Shown here in pieces: positions 21,334-31,399 of a DNA stretch of 64,000 nucleotides. How positions within the stretch are numbered: the first letter of the stretch is position 1; the number at the start of each line of letters is the position of its first letter. A program made the position numbers and the translations under genes. Under the pieces are notes generated by a model. The model was not told the origin of the DNA, made no database searches, and saw only the letters and a program-made list of their open reading frames with translations. Location of the stretch: the IMG/VR virus record IMGVR_UViG_3300011115_001056, positions 68,564 to 132,563 of that record, one strand, 5' to 3'. This DNA comes from a virus.

Positions 21334-22448
21334 TTACTTTTAATAAACCATTTATCTCAAATAATGAATTAAATAATATATCAGAATCTATAAAATTAAA
21401 AAATTTAAGTGGTGATGGCCCATTTACAAAACAGGCAACGTCACTATTAAATAAAATTCATAATTCGCCAGACTCTAAGATTCTTCTAACTACATCCTGT
21501 ACTGATGCGCTTGAAATGTCTGCTATTCTTCTAAATATTGGGCCTGGAGATGAAGTTATCATACCCTCCTATACATTTGTGTCTACGGCATTAGCATTTG
21601 AAATGCGTGGAGCAAAGATAGTATTTGCCGATAGCAAAGTGGACTGCCCACACATTGATTCTTTACATGTTGCAAAACTTATTACACCAAAAACTAAAGC
21701 AATTGTTCCTGTTCACTATGCAGGAATAGCTTGCGATATGAATTCCTTATTATCTTATAATATTCCAATTATTGAAGATAATGCTCAGGGTATCACAAGC
21801 ACATTAAACGGAAGGGCCTTAGGTACAATTGGATGCCTTGGAACGCTATCATTTCATGAGAGCAAGAACATTAATTGTGGCGAAGGTGGAGCCATAATTA
21901 TAAATGACCAAAACCTTGCTGCCCGTGCTGAAGTAATCAGAGAAAAGGGAACCAATCGATCATCCTTTTTTCGTGGAGAGGTTAATAAGTATGGATGGTG
22001 CGATATTGGTTCATCGTATCTTCCTAGCGATATTCTGGCAGCATTTCTATGTGCTCAGCTTGATAATATCGATCATGTTCAATCAAAGCGTCATGCAATA
22101 TTTTCAAAATATCTTACTGAGCTTTCCTATACAAAAAGCTATGGATGGCAACTTCCTATAGTGCCAGAAAACTCAACTAGCAATGCACATATATTTTACA
22201 TTGTTATGAACTCATTAGAAGAAAGAAGTAATTTTATAAAATATATGAAAGAAAATAACATTCATTCTGTTTTTCATTACCTATCATTACATAAAAGTGA
22301 ATATTTTAAAAATAAATATAATGGAGATGAACTTATAAACTCTGATAAATATTCTGATTGCTTAGTTCGATTGCCATTATATCCAGACTTAACTGAAGAT
22401 CAGGTTAGCCATATAATAAATGTAGTAAAAAAATGGAATGGTAATTAA
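21330..22448 (+). CDS. wecE: dTDP-4-amino-4,6-dideoxygalactose transaminase (WecE/RffA)
   Basis: LLTTSCTDALEM, PSYTFVSTA, VHYAG, SFHESKNINCGEGG and REKGTNRS.FFRGEV.KY.W.DIGSSYLPS motifs. Confidence 0.92.
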   Translation: MITFNKPFISNNELNNISESIKLKNLSGDGPFTKQATSLLNKIHNSPDSKILLTTSCTDALEMSAILLNIGPGDEVIIPSYTFVSTALAFEMRGAKIVFADSKVDCPHIDSLHVAKLITPKTKAIVPVHYAGIACDMNSLLSYNIPIIEDNAQGITSTLNGRALGTIGCLGTLSFHESKNINCGEGGAIIINDQNLAARAEVIREKGTNRSSFFRGEVNKYGWCDIGSSYLPSDILAAFLCAQLDNIDHVQSKRHAIFSKYLTELSYTKSYGWQLPIVPENSTSNAHIFYIVMNSLEERSNFIKYMKENNIHSVFHYLSLHKSEYFKNKYNGDELINSDKYSDCLVRLPLYPDLTEDQVSHIINVVKKWNGN

Positions 22449-22511
22449 TTTAGTCTATTCAAAAATATTAAACTTAGTAATATTTATAAAATATAGTATC
22501 GGAGAATCAAT

Positions 22512-23255
22512 ATGAAAGGAATAATTCTTGCAGGAGGGACCGGATCTAGACTGCTTCCATTAACAAAAGTAACTAATAAGCACCTACTTCCAGTCTACAA
22601 TAAGCCAATGATCTATTATCCTATTGAGTTTTTAAGAGACTCTGGAATAACAGATCTCATGATTATACTTGGTGGAAACTCTGTTGGAGATTTTGTAAAT
22701 CTACTTGGAGATGGCGCACAACTTGGTGTCTCAATAACCTATAGGTATCAATACAAGGCCGATGGTATCGCCGGAGCATTAAAGCTTGCCGCTGACTTTT
22801 GTGGAAATGAGCCTTTTGCGGTATGCCTTGGTGATAACATATTTGGATCTCCGATTGATAATCTATCAGGTAGCGTTCAGAGGTTAGGCGAAAAGGAACT
22901 TCCATCTGCAGTAATATGTATTCATCCTACTGATAAACCAAGTAGCTTTGGTGTGCCATCTTTTGATGGTGATAATATTATTAAGATAACAGAAAAACCA
23001 GAAAATCCAGACTCAAACTATGCAGTTACTGGATTATATCTTTATGATAGAAATATCTGGTCTATGATTGAATCTCTTGAGCCAAGTGCAAGGGGTGAGC
23101 TGGAAATAACAGATATTAATAATTGGTATATTAACAATGGGTCTTTGGAGTATATTAAACTAAAGTCCTGGTGGAATGACGCAGGATCTATATCATCTTT
23201 GTTTAAAGTTAGTCAGTTAGTTATGGAAAAAGAAACAAATGTCATTAAAGAATAA
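22512..23255 (+). CDS. rmlA: Glucose-1-phosphate thymidylyltransferase
   Basis: MKGIILAGGTGSRL.PLT...NKHLLPVY.KPMIYYP, LGDN, EKP and PSARGELEITD motifs. Confidence 0.93.
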   Translation: MKGIILAGGTGSRLLPLTKVTNKHLLPVYNKPMIYYPIEFLRDSGITDLMIILGGNSVGDFVNLLGDGAQLGVSITYRYQYKADGIAGALKLAADFCGNEPFAVCLGDNIFGSPIDNLSGSVQRLGEKELPSAVICIHPTDKPSSFGVPSFDGDNIIKITEKPENPDSNYAVTGLYLYDRNIWSMIESLEPSARGELEITDINNWYINNGSLEYIKLKSWWNDAGSISSLFKVSQLVMEKETNVIKE

Positions 23256-24186
23256 AAAAGTAATACTGACTGGTGGATGCGGATTCATAGGTAATACTAT
23301 GTCTCAAATGTTACATCATAGTGAGCTAAATGATCTTGTTGTAGTCGATAAAATCTCATATGTTTCAAATGATAGATTTCATTATGAAAATAAAATAAAA
23401 GTATTAAAAGAAGATATTCAATCTTTAAGTATTTTTAAGTTTATAAAAGACTATAAGCCAGATGTCATAATCAATATGGCGGCAGAATCGCATGTTGATG
23501 TTTCAATTAAAAATCCAAATATCTTTCTTGAGTCAAATGTATGCGGAACAATGAATCTTTTGAATGCAGCACTCACATTGGAAACGGCACCGATCTTTGT
23601 TCAGATATCAACAGATGAGGTCTATGGCGACGTTTCTGAGGGCTGGAGTAAGGAATGCGACCCGAGGGTAACCTCATCACCTTACTCTGCCTCAAAAGCC
23701 TCAGCAGAGCTTTTTGTTGAGTCCTATGGGAGAACATATGGACTTCCATATTTTATAACAAGATCTTCAAATAATTATGGTCCATATCAAAACGAAGAAA
23801 AGTTAATTCCAAAAATAATAAATAATATACTTGCCGGAAAAAAGATTCCAGTCTATGGAGACGGAAGGCAGGAAAGGGATTGGATTTATGTTGATGATAA
23901 TTGTTCCGCAATACTTCATCTGATAAACGAATATAATGGCAGTGATATATATAACGTTGGTGGACTTGAGACAACAAATAATTTAGAAATTATTAAACAA
24001 ATTTGTTCAATAATGAATAAAAATGAGGATGATTTTATAGAATTTGTTAAAGATAGACCAGGTCATGATAGAAGATATGCAATAAGCATTGACAAAATAA
24101 AGAGCAAGTCTGACTGGAAACCAACTACAGATCTTAAGACTGGACTGATAAAAACTATAGACTGGATTTCTTCTAGAAATGTATAA
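23239..24186 (+). CDS. rmlB: dTDP-glucose 4,6-dehydratase
   Basis: TGGCGFIG, AAESHVD, ISTDEVYG, PYSASK, SNNYGPYQ and DRPGHDRRY motifs. Confidence 0.95.
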   Translation: MSLKNKKVILTGGCGFIGNTMSQMLHHSELNDLVVVDKISYVSNDRFHYENKIKVLKEDIQSLSIFKFIKDYKPDVIINMAAESHVDVSIKNPNIFLESNVCGTMNLLNAALTLETAPIFVQISTDEVYGDVSEGWSKECDPRVTSSPYSASKASAELFVESYGRTYGLPYFITRSSNNYGPYQNEEKLIPKIINNILAGKKIPVYGDGRQERDWIYVDDNCSAILHLINEYNGSDIYNVGGLETTNNLEIIKQICSIMNKNEDDFIEFVKDRPGHDRRYAISIDKIKSKSDWKPTTDLKTGLIKTIDWISSRNV

Positions 24187-24865
24187 TTTATTAATTGGAG
24201 CATCAGGACTTTTGGGTTCTAATTTAAAAATAGACTCTTTAAGACCGAGTAGTTTTGAATTAAATATATTATCAGATGAATCAGTTTTATCATATTTTAA
24301 TTTAATTGATGAGCCAAAAAATATAATACTATCAGCAGCATACACAAATGTTATTGGTGCAAATTCTGATAAAAAATCTGCATATAATTTAAATGTTTTA
24401 GCTGTGCAAAGAATATGCAAATTTTTAAATAAATTATACTTAGGAAGACCAAGGTTAGTATATATCTCCACTGATTATGTCTTTGATGGTTTAATAGGAT
24501 CTTATAAAGCCGATGATCCAATTAATCCGGTTCAAAATAATTATTATGCCTTAACAAAAGCCTTAGGAGAATCTTCGGCTACAACTTATGAAAATCATTG
24601 TATTATAAGAACTTCTTTCTGTAAATCAAATATTTGGCCATATGAATTTGCGTTTGAAGATCAGTTTACATCAAGAGATCAGGTAAATGTAATTGCACCA
24701 ATGATTGACAAAAAGATAAACAGCTCTAATGTTGGAATTTTTCATATTGGAACTAAAAGAAAGTCTGTCTTTGAGCTTGCAAAGACAATAAAAGAAGATG
24801 TAAAACCATCTTCAAGACTACTAATAAAAAATGTAACTATACCATATGACACGAGCCTAATATGA
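24179..24865 (+). CDS. rmlD: dTDP-4-dehydrorhamnose reductase-like (short)
   Basis: GASGLLG, AAYTNV, ISTDYVFDG and YALTK motifs. Confidence 0.8.
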   Translation: MYNLLIGASGLLGSNLKIDSLRPSSFELNILSDESVLSYFNLIDEPKNIILSAAYTNVIGANSDKKSAYNLNVLAVQRICKFLNKLYLGRPRLVYISTDYVFDGLIGSYKADDPINPVQNNYYALTKALGESSATTYENHCIIRTSFCKSNIWPYEFAFEDQFTSRDQVNVIAPMIDKKINSSNVGIFHIGTKRKSVFELAKTIKEDVKPSSRLLIKNVTIPYDTSLI

Positions 24866-25284
24866 AAGAACCAAAATTAAGAAATATAAAAGCATTTTGT
24901 GACAGCAGGGGTTTCTCATTCTTCAATATTTTTGGAAAAGTGACTGACGGCCAAATTAACCTTGGAAATCTACATCCAGGCGTTGTTAAGGCATTTCATT
25001 ATCATAACCATCAATATGATTATTGGTTTTGCCTAAAAGGAGACATAAGGGTTATTTGCATCTCTCCAGATAAGCAGATTGTAAAAAACTTCTATATTGG
25101 AGAGCATAACCCATCAGTTCTTGATATACCTCCAGGATGGCTGCACGGATACAAGAATGTCTCAAATGATATTAGCACATTACTCTATTGGGTAACAAAT
25201 GAATATAACCCAGAAAATCCTGACGAAGAAAGAGTTTCTTGGGATTTTCTGGGAAAAGATTTGTGGGAACCAGAAAATAAATAA
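24862..25284 (+). CDS. rmlC: dTDP-4-dehydrorhamnose 3,5-epimerase-like cupin
   Basis: DSRGF, PGVVKAFHYH and IPPGWLHGY motifs. Confidence 0.85.
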   Translation: MKEPKLRNIKAFCDSRGFSFFNIFGKVTDGQINLGNLHPGVVKAFHYHNHQYDYWFCLKGDIRVICISPDKQIVKNFYIGEHNPSVLDIPPGWLHGYKNVSNDISTLLYWVTNEYNPENPDEERVSWDFLGKDLWEPENK

Positions 25285-25806
25285 TTATCCTGGTTTAACT
25301 CCAGACATTTTAAGTGATATTCTTCCTCCTAAATGCTTTTCCCAAAACTCATCATGTCCATCATATACGTCATGAGTAAAATCATTTATATTTATAAAAC
25401 CATTTGCATTAAAGACTTCTTTTAGCATTTGATGATTGTAAAGTCTTTTATGTGCGTAATTATAAGTTAATGAATTTTCCGCTTCCGATCCATAGATCGG
25501 ACCCTGTGTGATGAATGGGTTATTTAAATAAGCCCGACATATGACATCTCCATTTGGAACGTGAATTTTAAAAATTCCTCCGGGAGCCAAGCACCTAAAG
25601 ACTTCTGAAAATACATTATTTACTACAGATGAATCAAAGTGCTCTATAACATGCATTGCTAATACTTCAGAATACTTGTTTGATTCAATTGGCCACTCTT
25701 TTGTTAGTGACATATCAAAGCAATATGGCTTTCCATATTCTTTCTGATAGTCAATAAAGTCATATCCCTCTGATCCTACTGAACCAGGGCCTAGCTCTAA
25801 TTTCAT
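25285..25806 (-). CDS. SAM-dependent methyltransferase (type 11-like)
   Basis: KLELGPG, HVIEHF and RCLAPGG..KIHVP motifs; SD GGAGG. Confidence 0.8.
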   Translation of the reverse strand: MKLELGPGSVGSEGYDFIDYQKEYGKPYCFDMSLTKEWPIESNKYSEVLAMHVIEHFDSSVVNNVFSEVFRCLAPGGIFKIHVPNGDVICRAYLNNPFITQGPIYGSEAENSLTYNYAHKRLYNHQMLKEVFNANGFININDFTHDVYDGHDEFWEKHLGGRISLKMSGVKPG

Positions 25807-25864
25807 AATACCTCCATAAATTGTACTGGCTATTAATATTAATTATACTGCTGATGGAGTAATT

Positions 25865-27700
25865 ATGTGTGGCATAGTAGGAATCCTAGGTAAAAAAGAT
25901 TTTTATGGAGAGCTTAAAGAGCTTCTCTCAAACATTTCATATCGAGGTTATGACAGCTGCGGTATGAGCATAGTTCATCAAGATCGGTTTGACATTGTCA
26001 AGGTTGTCGGACATCCTGAGGCAATGCCGGATGGAGTCCAAACTGGCGATTCTATTGTTGGATTTGGTCATGATCGTTGGGCATCTCATGGTGGTATCAC
26101 TGAGGAGAATGCTCACCCTCATCTCTCTAATGATAAAAAGATTTCTGTAGTTCACAATGGAATTATAGAAAACTATACTGAATTAAGAACATTCTTAATC
26201 TCTAATGGATATACTTTTTATTCCGAAACAGATACCGAAGTAATTCCAAATCTTATTCAATATTGGTATGCTAAGTGTGGAGACATTGAAAAAACACTTA
26301 ATACGGTTTTCTCAGAGCTAAAGGGAGCCTATGCTTTTGTTATGGCTCATTTAGATCATCCAAATAAACTTTTTCTTGCCAGACTCGGATCCCCACTTTG
26401 TATTGGTGTTGATTCTGGGACTTTTTATATTTCGTCTGATATTCCCTCCCTTCCTTATTTTATTAAGAAGACTGTTGTACTTGAAAATAATAGGTATGCT
26501 ATTCTTGAGCCTGGCAAGAATATTTTAATCAAAAACTTCTCTGGTGTTAATTCTACATTTTCTTTTGAGGAGCTATCTGCCGTTCAATCAACCTATACCA
26601 AGGATGGCTATAAGTATTTCCTTGAAAAAGAAATCTTTGAGCAACCAGACTATATAAGAACAACCCTGGCAGGAAGGGTTAATCCGCAGGCCGAAATTAT
26701 TAAGCTTGGAGGAATTGAATCGCACCTTTTTAAGCTGCTAAAGACCGATGAGTTTATCTTTACTGGCTGTGGCTCTGCCTTCTATGCTTCGCAAGTTGGC
26801 TCCTATGCTATGGAATCTCTTGCTAGAGTTAAGTCCAAAGCCATTTCTGCCGGAGAGCTTCAATATTATGATGTTATTGCTGGAGAAAGAACCTCATTAG
26901 TGTGCGTAACTCAATCTGGAGAAACTGCAGATACTATTGGCTGCATTAACAACTTTAAAAAGAAAGGCTCCAGCACCATAGGGATCGTAAATGTTGTTTC
27001 TTCCACTATCTCTAGAATGGTAGATTGCGGAATCTACATTCGTTCTGGAAAAGAAGCCTCTGTTGCCTCAACAAAATCTGTAACAAATCAGATTTTAAAT
27101 ATGATACTTATGGCAGCAATGTTAGGATCAAAGGGAACAATGCCTACTAGTCAGTACCTCAGTCTGATAAATGAGCTTTATAGTCTTCCTGATAAGGTGG
27201 CAAAGATATTGCTAAAGTCTGATGATATTAGGACAATTTGCGAGATCTATAAAGATAGAGAATCATTGTTGGTGATAGGAAGAGATAAGCTGGAGCCAAT
27301 AGCAAAAGAATATGCCTTAAAGATTAAAGAGATTAGTTACATTCATGCCGAAGGATATTCTGGTTCTGAGCTAAAGCATGGTCCTCTTGCCCTTATTAAT
27401 GCCGATAGGCCTACCATCGCCTTGGTTGAGAATAATATCCTTGGAACAAAGATGATGGCCAATATAAAGGAAATCACCAGCCGTGGTGGCCATGTAATTG
27501 GCGTCTTTGAGGAAGGCTGTGCTAATGAGCTAATAGAGTCTGCACACTATAGTATAGTTATTCCATCTAATGAGAACAAAATTCTTAACACAATTACCTT
27601 CCTAATTGTGGGACAACTAATCTCGCTGCATCTCGCAGACCTGAGAGGCTGCCATGTTGATAGGCCCCAGAATTTAGCGAAGTCCCTTACAATTGAGTGA
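25865..27700 (+). CDS. glmS: Glutamine--fructose-6-phosphate transaminase (isomerizing)
   Basis: MCGIVG, YRGYDS, RWASHG, NAHPH, HNGIIENY, SQ/TQSGETADT, VASTK, ELKHGP and PQNLAKSLTIE motifs. Confidence 0.96.
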   Translation: MCGIVGILGKKDFYGELKELLSNISYRGYDSCGMSIVHQDRFDIVKVVGHPEAMPDGVQTGDSIVGFGHDRWASHGGITEENAHPHLSNDKKISVVHNGIIENYTELRTFLISNGYTFYSETDTEVIPNLIQYWYAKCGDIEKTLNTVFSELKGAYAFVMAHLDHPNKLFLARLGSPLCIGVDSGTFYISSDIPSLPYFIKKTVVLENNRYAILEPGKNILIKNFSGVNSTFSFEELSAVQSTYTKDGYKYFLEKEIFEQPDYIRTTLAGRVNPQAEIIKLGGIESHLFKLLKTDEFIFTGCGSAFYASQVGSYAMESLARVKSKAISAGELQYYDVIAGERTSLVCVTQSGETADTIGCINNFKKKGSSTIGIVNVVSSTISRMVDCGIYIRSGKEASVASTKSVTNQILNMILMAAMLGSKGTMPTSQYLSLINELYSLPDKVAKILLKSDDIRTICEIYKDRESLLVIGRDKLEPIAKEYALKIKEISYIHAEGYSGSELKHGPLALINADRPTIALVENNILGTKMMANIKEITSRGGHVIGVFEEGCANELIESAHYSIVIPSNENKILNTITFLIVGQLISLHLADLRGCHVDRPQNLAKSLTIE

Positions 27701-27731
27701 AAATTTATTGATTCTCAATAGAAAGTTTAAC

Positions 27732-28655
27732 TTATCCTAGTAGCTTGTTCCAGGCCAATTTGGCAGCTCTCTCAGAAAAGAGCTGCCTTATTTTGTCGTC
27801 TGCACGGAATTTATAAATATTTCCGGTAACTCTCTCATAGGACTGTCCAAAGGAAAATCTTTCATCCCAGTCCATACCATTCTTATTTATAAAGATATCT
27901 ATATCTGACATTATAGCTTCAAGGAAGCCTAGAGTATAAGGTGCCGGATAACTACTCAGGCAAAAGACTTTTGAGTATGTTCGGTAAAGATTTAGCTGAT
28001 CCTCTGGTGATAGGAATCCGCCACAGTTAGGGAGATGCTCGTTTCCCCCTCCAAATATTCTTAGTCCGCTATTGGTAATAAAATCTTTTGATATATTCCA
28101 ATCATTATGGGTAGCTCTTTGTGTTATTGAGTTATAACAAAGAAAGCCTAATCCATTTCTATCTTCACCATTTTTAAAATCAGATTCTTTTTTATAGAAC
28201 CTAATTAAGGCATCTTCGCCGGCAAATCCTGCTGTTTTGCTTTCCATAGGAGAATATCTGATTAGTTTTACTCCAGACTGTTTTAGTCTCTTCAATTTTG
28301 ATTCAATTACGGAATTTGATTGACCTATGCCTCTCCAGATTGTAACTGTATTTTTTTCTATATTTTTAAGATTAAGGGCTATTGCATCATGAGCATGCAT
28401 TCCTATTATATAGTCAAATTTTGATAAGAATTCTTTAGATAGCTTTATAGGACTACCACCACAACCCGTCTTATGAAAGATATCTTTCCACTCAGGATCT
28501 TGATGGAGTTTTAATGGAGGCCTTATGGTTTCACCTGGAGACTCTGGATTAAAATAAGAGCCACAGGAAAAAATCCTGTGGCCCAAAGAAGTGAGCAGAC
28601 GAAGCTCGTCATACTCTAAGACAGAGTGGCAGGATAGATAGAGTATATCTGCCAC
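27732..28655 (-). CDS. Hypothetical protein, possibly glycosyltransferase-like
   Basis: 307 aa with GTG start and SCHSVLEYDE N-terminus; PAPYTLGFLEAIM resembles the GT-B donor-binding motif. Confidence 0.55.
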   Translation of the reverse strand: MADILYLSCHSVLEYDELRLLTSLGHRIFSCGSYFNPESPGETIRPPLKLHQDPEWKDIFHKTGCGGSPIKLSKEFLSKFDYIIGMHAHDAIALNLKNIEKNTVTIWRGIGQSNSVIESKLKRLKQSGVKLIRYSPMESKTAGFAGEDALIRFYKKESDFKNGEDRNGLGFLCYNSITQRATHNDWNISKDFITNSGLRIFGGGNEHLPNCGGFLSPEDQLNLYRTYSKVFCLSSYPAPYTLGFLEAIMSDIDIFINKNGMDWDERFSFGQSYERVTGNIYKFRADDKIRQLFSERAAKLAWNKLLG

Positions 28656-28661
28656 TCTGGA

Positions 28662-29672
28662 TTAGCCTAGTGTGGTCTGGAGAAGTAACCTGCAGACGAT
28701 GTATGGGTCTAGGTTTGCGGCAGGTCTACGGTCTTCAAAGTATCCCTTTCCTTCCAGTCTGGTACCGAGAGGGATTCTGATGGAGCAGCCTCGATCAGAC
28801 TTTCCAGCTTTAAAGGTATCATAGCCGGAGGTTTCATGAAGTCCTGTCATACGCTCCCTATTTCCTTCTCCATATCCCGCCATATGAAGTGCATGTGCCG
28901 CCTCCAGCTTCTTGCAGGCGGCATTAATCTCTGCAATGCCCCCATCTTCTCTCATCTTCTTTGTACTGAAATTAGTGTGTCCGCCAGATCCATTCCAATC
29001 TCCGCTAAGTGGCTTGGGATTTAGATATACGGTGACTCCGTGTTTCTCTGCTACCATATTGAGAATATATCTTGACATCCAAAGTTGGTCGCCCATACTG
29101 ATCGGATCTACTGGTCCAACCTGATATTCCCATTGTCCGGGAGCCACCTCAGCGTTGGTTCCGCAGATAGATAATCCTGCATTCATACAGGCCGTGGCGT
29201 GCTCTACAGAGACATCTCTTCCGTAGACCCTATCCGCACCCACCCCGCAATAGTAAGTGCCCTGAGGAGGAGGATACGCGTTGTATTCTGATGGCCATCC
29301 TAGTGGCTTTCCATCCTTATAGAGAAAGAATTCCTGCTCTATTCCAAACCAAGGCTCCTCTGAGCTAAACTTATTTGCAGCTTCAACTAGAGCCGCTCTA
29401 GTATTTGTGGAATGGGGAGTTCCGTCTTCATTCATAACCTCACAGAGAACAAGTACGGATTTTGCCTCTATTGGATTTCTGCAAAAATAAACTGGCTTGA
29501 GATAACAATCGCTATCCTTTCCCTCTGCCTGTTTTGTGCTTGATCCATCAAAACTCCATCCGGAGAGAGTATTCAGACTAACATCTCCCATATTCTGATT
29601 TGTAATCTTTACCTTTGATCTAAGCTGCTGAGGCTTGTTTCCATCAAGCCAAATATATTCTAGTTTAATCAT
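28662..29672 (-). CDS. glnII: Glutamine synthetase type II
   Basis: LEYIWLDG, LRSK, WSFDGSST.QAEG.DSD, PWFGIEQE, YYCGVG, GTNAEV.PGQWEYQVGP, DWNGSGGHTNFST, TGLHET and YFEDRRPAANLDPY motifs; 336 aa fits GSII. Confidence 0.93.
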   Translation of the reverse strand: MIKLEYIWLDGNKPQQLRSKVKITNQNMGDVSLNTLSGWSFDGSSTKQAEGKDSDCYLKPVYFCRNPIEAKSVLVLCEVMNEDGTPHSTNTRAALVEAANKFSSEEPWFGIEQEFFLYKDGKPLGWPSEYNAYPPPQGTYYCGVGADRVYGRDVSVEHATACMNAGLSICGTNAEVAPGQWEYQVGPVDPISMGDQLWMSRYILNMVAEKHGVTVYLNPKPLSGDWNGSGGHTNFSTKKMREDGGIAEINAACKKLEAAHALHMAGYGEGNRERMTGLHETSGYDTFKAGKSDRGCSIRIPLGTRLEGKGYFEDRRPAANLDPYIVCRLLLQTTLG

Positions 29673-30345
29673 TTTTTTCTCCTAGTATTTCCTTTACAAA
29701 GCTCTTCACTTGTCTTGCCCCATCATCATCTAAAAGAAAATGATCACGAGCATATTTGAGATCATTATCAGGATGTTCAAATGACATATCCATAGTTCTT
29801 TGCCAGGCCAAAATTCCGTTAATAGGGCTCTGCATTCCTAATGTTCTCATTACTTCCTGAACATGTGATCCAACTCGCTGAACTTGATAGTGAAGTCCCG
29901 TAACTATTACTCCGCAAATTTTATCTTTTAATGGATTTTTTTCACCATAAGAAGAATGTCTATTTTCAAGAGTATTCATTCTTTCTATAATGGTCTGAAG
30001 TAAGGCCGAATGACTCATCCATCTGGTAGAGGTTGCAAATAGAATTATATCTGCAGACTCTATTGCATCATAAATCTCTCCCATCTCATCTTTCCCGCCA
30101 AACTTTTCTGGCTCATCATGGGATTTCTTATGTGCCCAGCATCGGTACTTTCCAGAATCAGGATGAGCACAGGATTCCTTTCCAGAAGTATAACAAGATA
30201 AGTTTTTTACAATATGAAGTTTATTAGCATCAATAAAATCAACATCATGGCCTTCTTGTTCTATTCTGGAGAGAACATGCTTTAAAAGATATTTGCTAGA
30301 AGACTTGTCCTCGTTAGTAGTAGTGCTTATTCCTATTATTTTCAT
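29665..30345 (-). CDS. Flavodoxin-fold NAD(P)H-dependent FMN reductase / iron-sulfur-flavoprotein-like protein
   Basis: KIIGIS, Cys cluster (SC...C...RCW), DEM..IY..I..ADIILFAT and IERM motifs. Confidence 0.7.
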   Translation of the reverse strand: MKIIGISTTTNEDKSSSKYLLKHVLSRIEQEGHDVDFIDANKLHIVKNLSCYTSGKESCAHPDSGKYRCWAHKKSHDEPEKFGGKDEMGEIYDAIESADIILFATSTRWMSHSALLQTIIERMNTLENRHSSYGEKNPLKDKICGVIVTGLHYQVQRVGSHVQEVMRTLGMQSPINGILAWQRTMDMSFEHPDNDLKYARDHFLLDDDGARQVKSFVKEILGEKND

Positions 30346-30418
30346 AAATAATATAACCTCATTATGTTAGTTTCTTCAATTAATAGTACTATATTACTAA
30401 ATACGTTATGGAGTTAAA

Positions 30419-31399
30419 ATGAAGACGGCAATAATAACAGGATGTTTAGGACAAGATGGTGCATTTCTTACTGAGCACTTATTAGATTTAAATCATAAAG
30501 TTTATGGTGTCAGTAGAAGAAAATCTACTGATGCAGATTCTTGGGGATTTCTTGAACATTTAAAAGGCCATCCAAATTTTAAACTTGTTCATGGAGATAT
30601 TACCGATTCAATATTTATGTCTAATATAATTTCTGACATAAGGCCAACAAAGCTTTTTAATCTTGGAGCGCAGTCACATGTCGGATACTCATTCCAAAAT
30701 CCATATACAACATTTGAAACAGATGCTTGTGCGGTGGTCCACATGCTATCTGCCATACAAAAACACTCTCCCGCAACAAGATTTTACCAAGCGAGCACTT
30801 CGGAATTATTTGGTGGGATCGATTGTCCTAGTGCTGGATACAGTGAGATTTCTCCGTTCCATCCTCGTAGCCCGTATGGAGTTGCAAAGCTCGCAGCACA
30901 TTGGGCGACGATTAACTTCAGAGAAGCATATGGAATGTTTTCCTGCGCCGGAATCCTCTTCAATCACGAATCAGAAAGACGCGGACTAGATTTCGTTACC
31001 AGAAAAGTTACCAATGGTGTAGCCAGAATTAAGGCCGGACTAGATACAAAGATTGTCATGGGAAATATAGATGCCTACCGAGATTGGGGCTATGCAAAAG
31101 ATTACGTGAAGATGATGAACCTAATGTTGGAGGCAGATGTTCCTCAAGAATACGTTATCGCAACAGGGAAAACTTACTCGATAAAAAATCTTCTAGAGTT
31201 ATCTTTCTCACTCATTGGAATAGATAATTGGGAAAATTATCTTGAGTTTGATGAAAGATTCATGAGACCCTCAGAAGTTCCTTATCTCTTAGGAGATCCA
31301 ACAAAGGCCCAAAAAGAATTGGGGTGGGAGCCTGAGACCTCTTTTGAGGATCTTATAAAAATAATGCTAGAATCAGACCTAAGAAGATATGGGATTTAA
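30419..31399 (+). CDS. gmd: GDP-mannose 4,6-dehydratase
   Basis: ITGCLGQDG, NLGAQSHV, YQASTSELFG, PRSPYGVAK, GILFNHES.RRG..FVTRK, RDWG and RPSEV motifs. Confidence 0.95.
   Translation: MKTAIITGCLGQDGAFLTEHLLDLNHKVYGVSRRKSTDADSWGFLEHLKGHPNFKLVHGDITDSIFMSNIISDIRPTKLFNLGAQSHVGYSFQNPYTTFETDACAVVHMLSAIQKHSPATRFYQASTSELFGGIDCPSAGYSEISPFHPRSPYGVAKLAAHWATINFREAYGMFSCAGILFNHESERRGLDFVTRKVTNGVARIKAGLDTKIVMGNIDAYRDWGYAKDYVKMMNLMLEADVPQEYVIATGKTYSIKNLLELSFSLIGIDNWENYLEFDERFMRPSEVPYLLGDPTKAQKELGWEPETSFEDLIKIMLESDLRRYGI

Noticed and set aside
25807-25864. glmS ribozyme upstream of glmS
   Set aside because: The 58 nt AT-rich divergent intergenic region is too short and unstructured.
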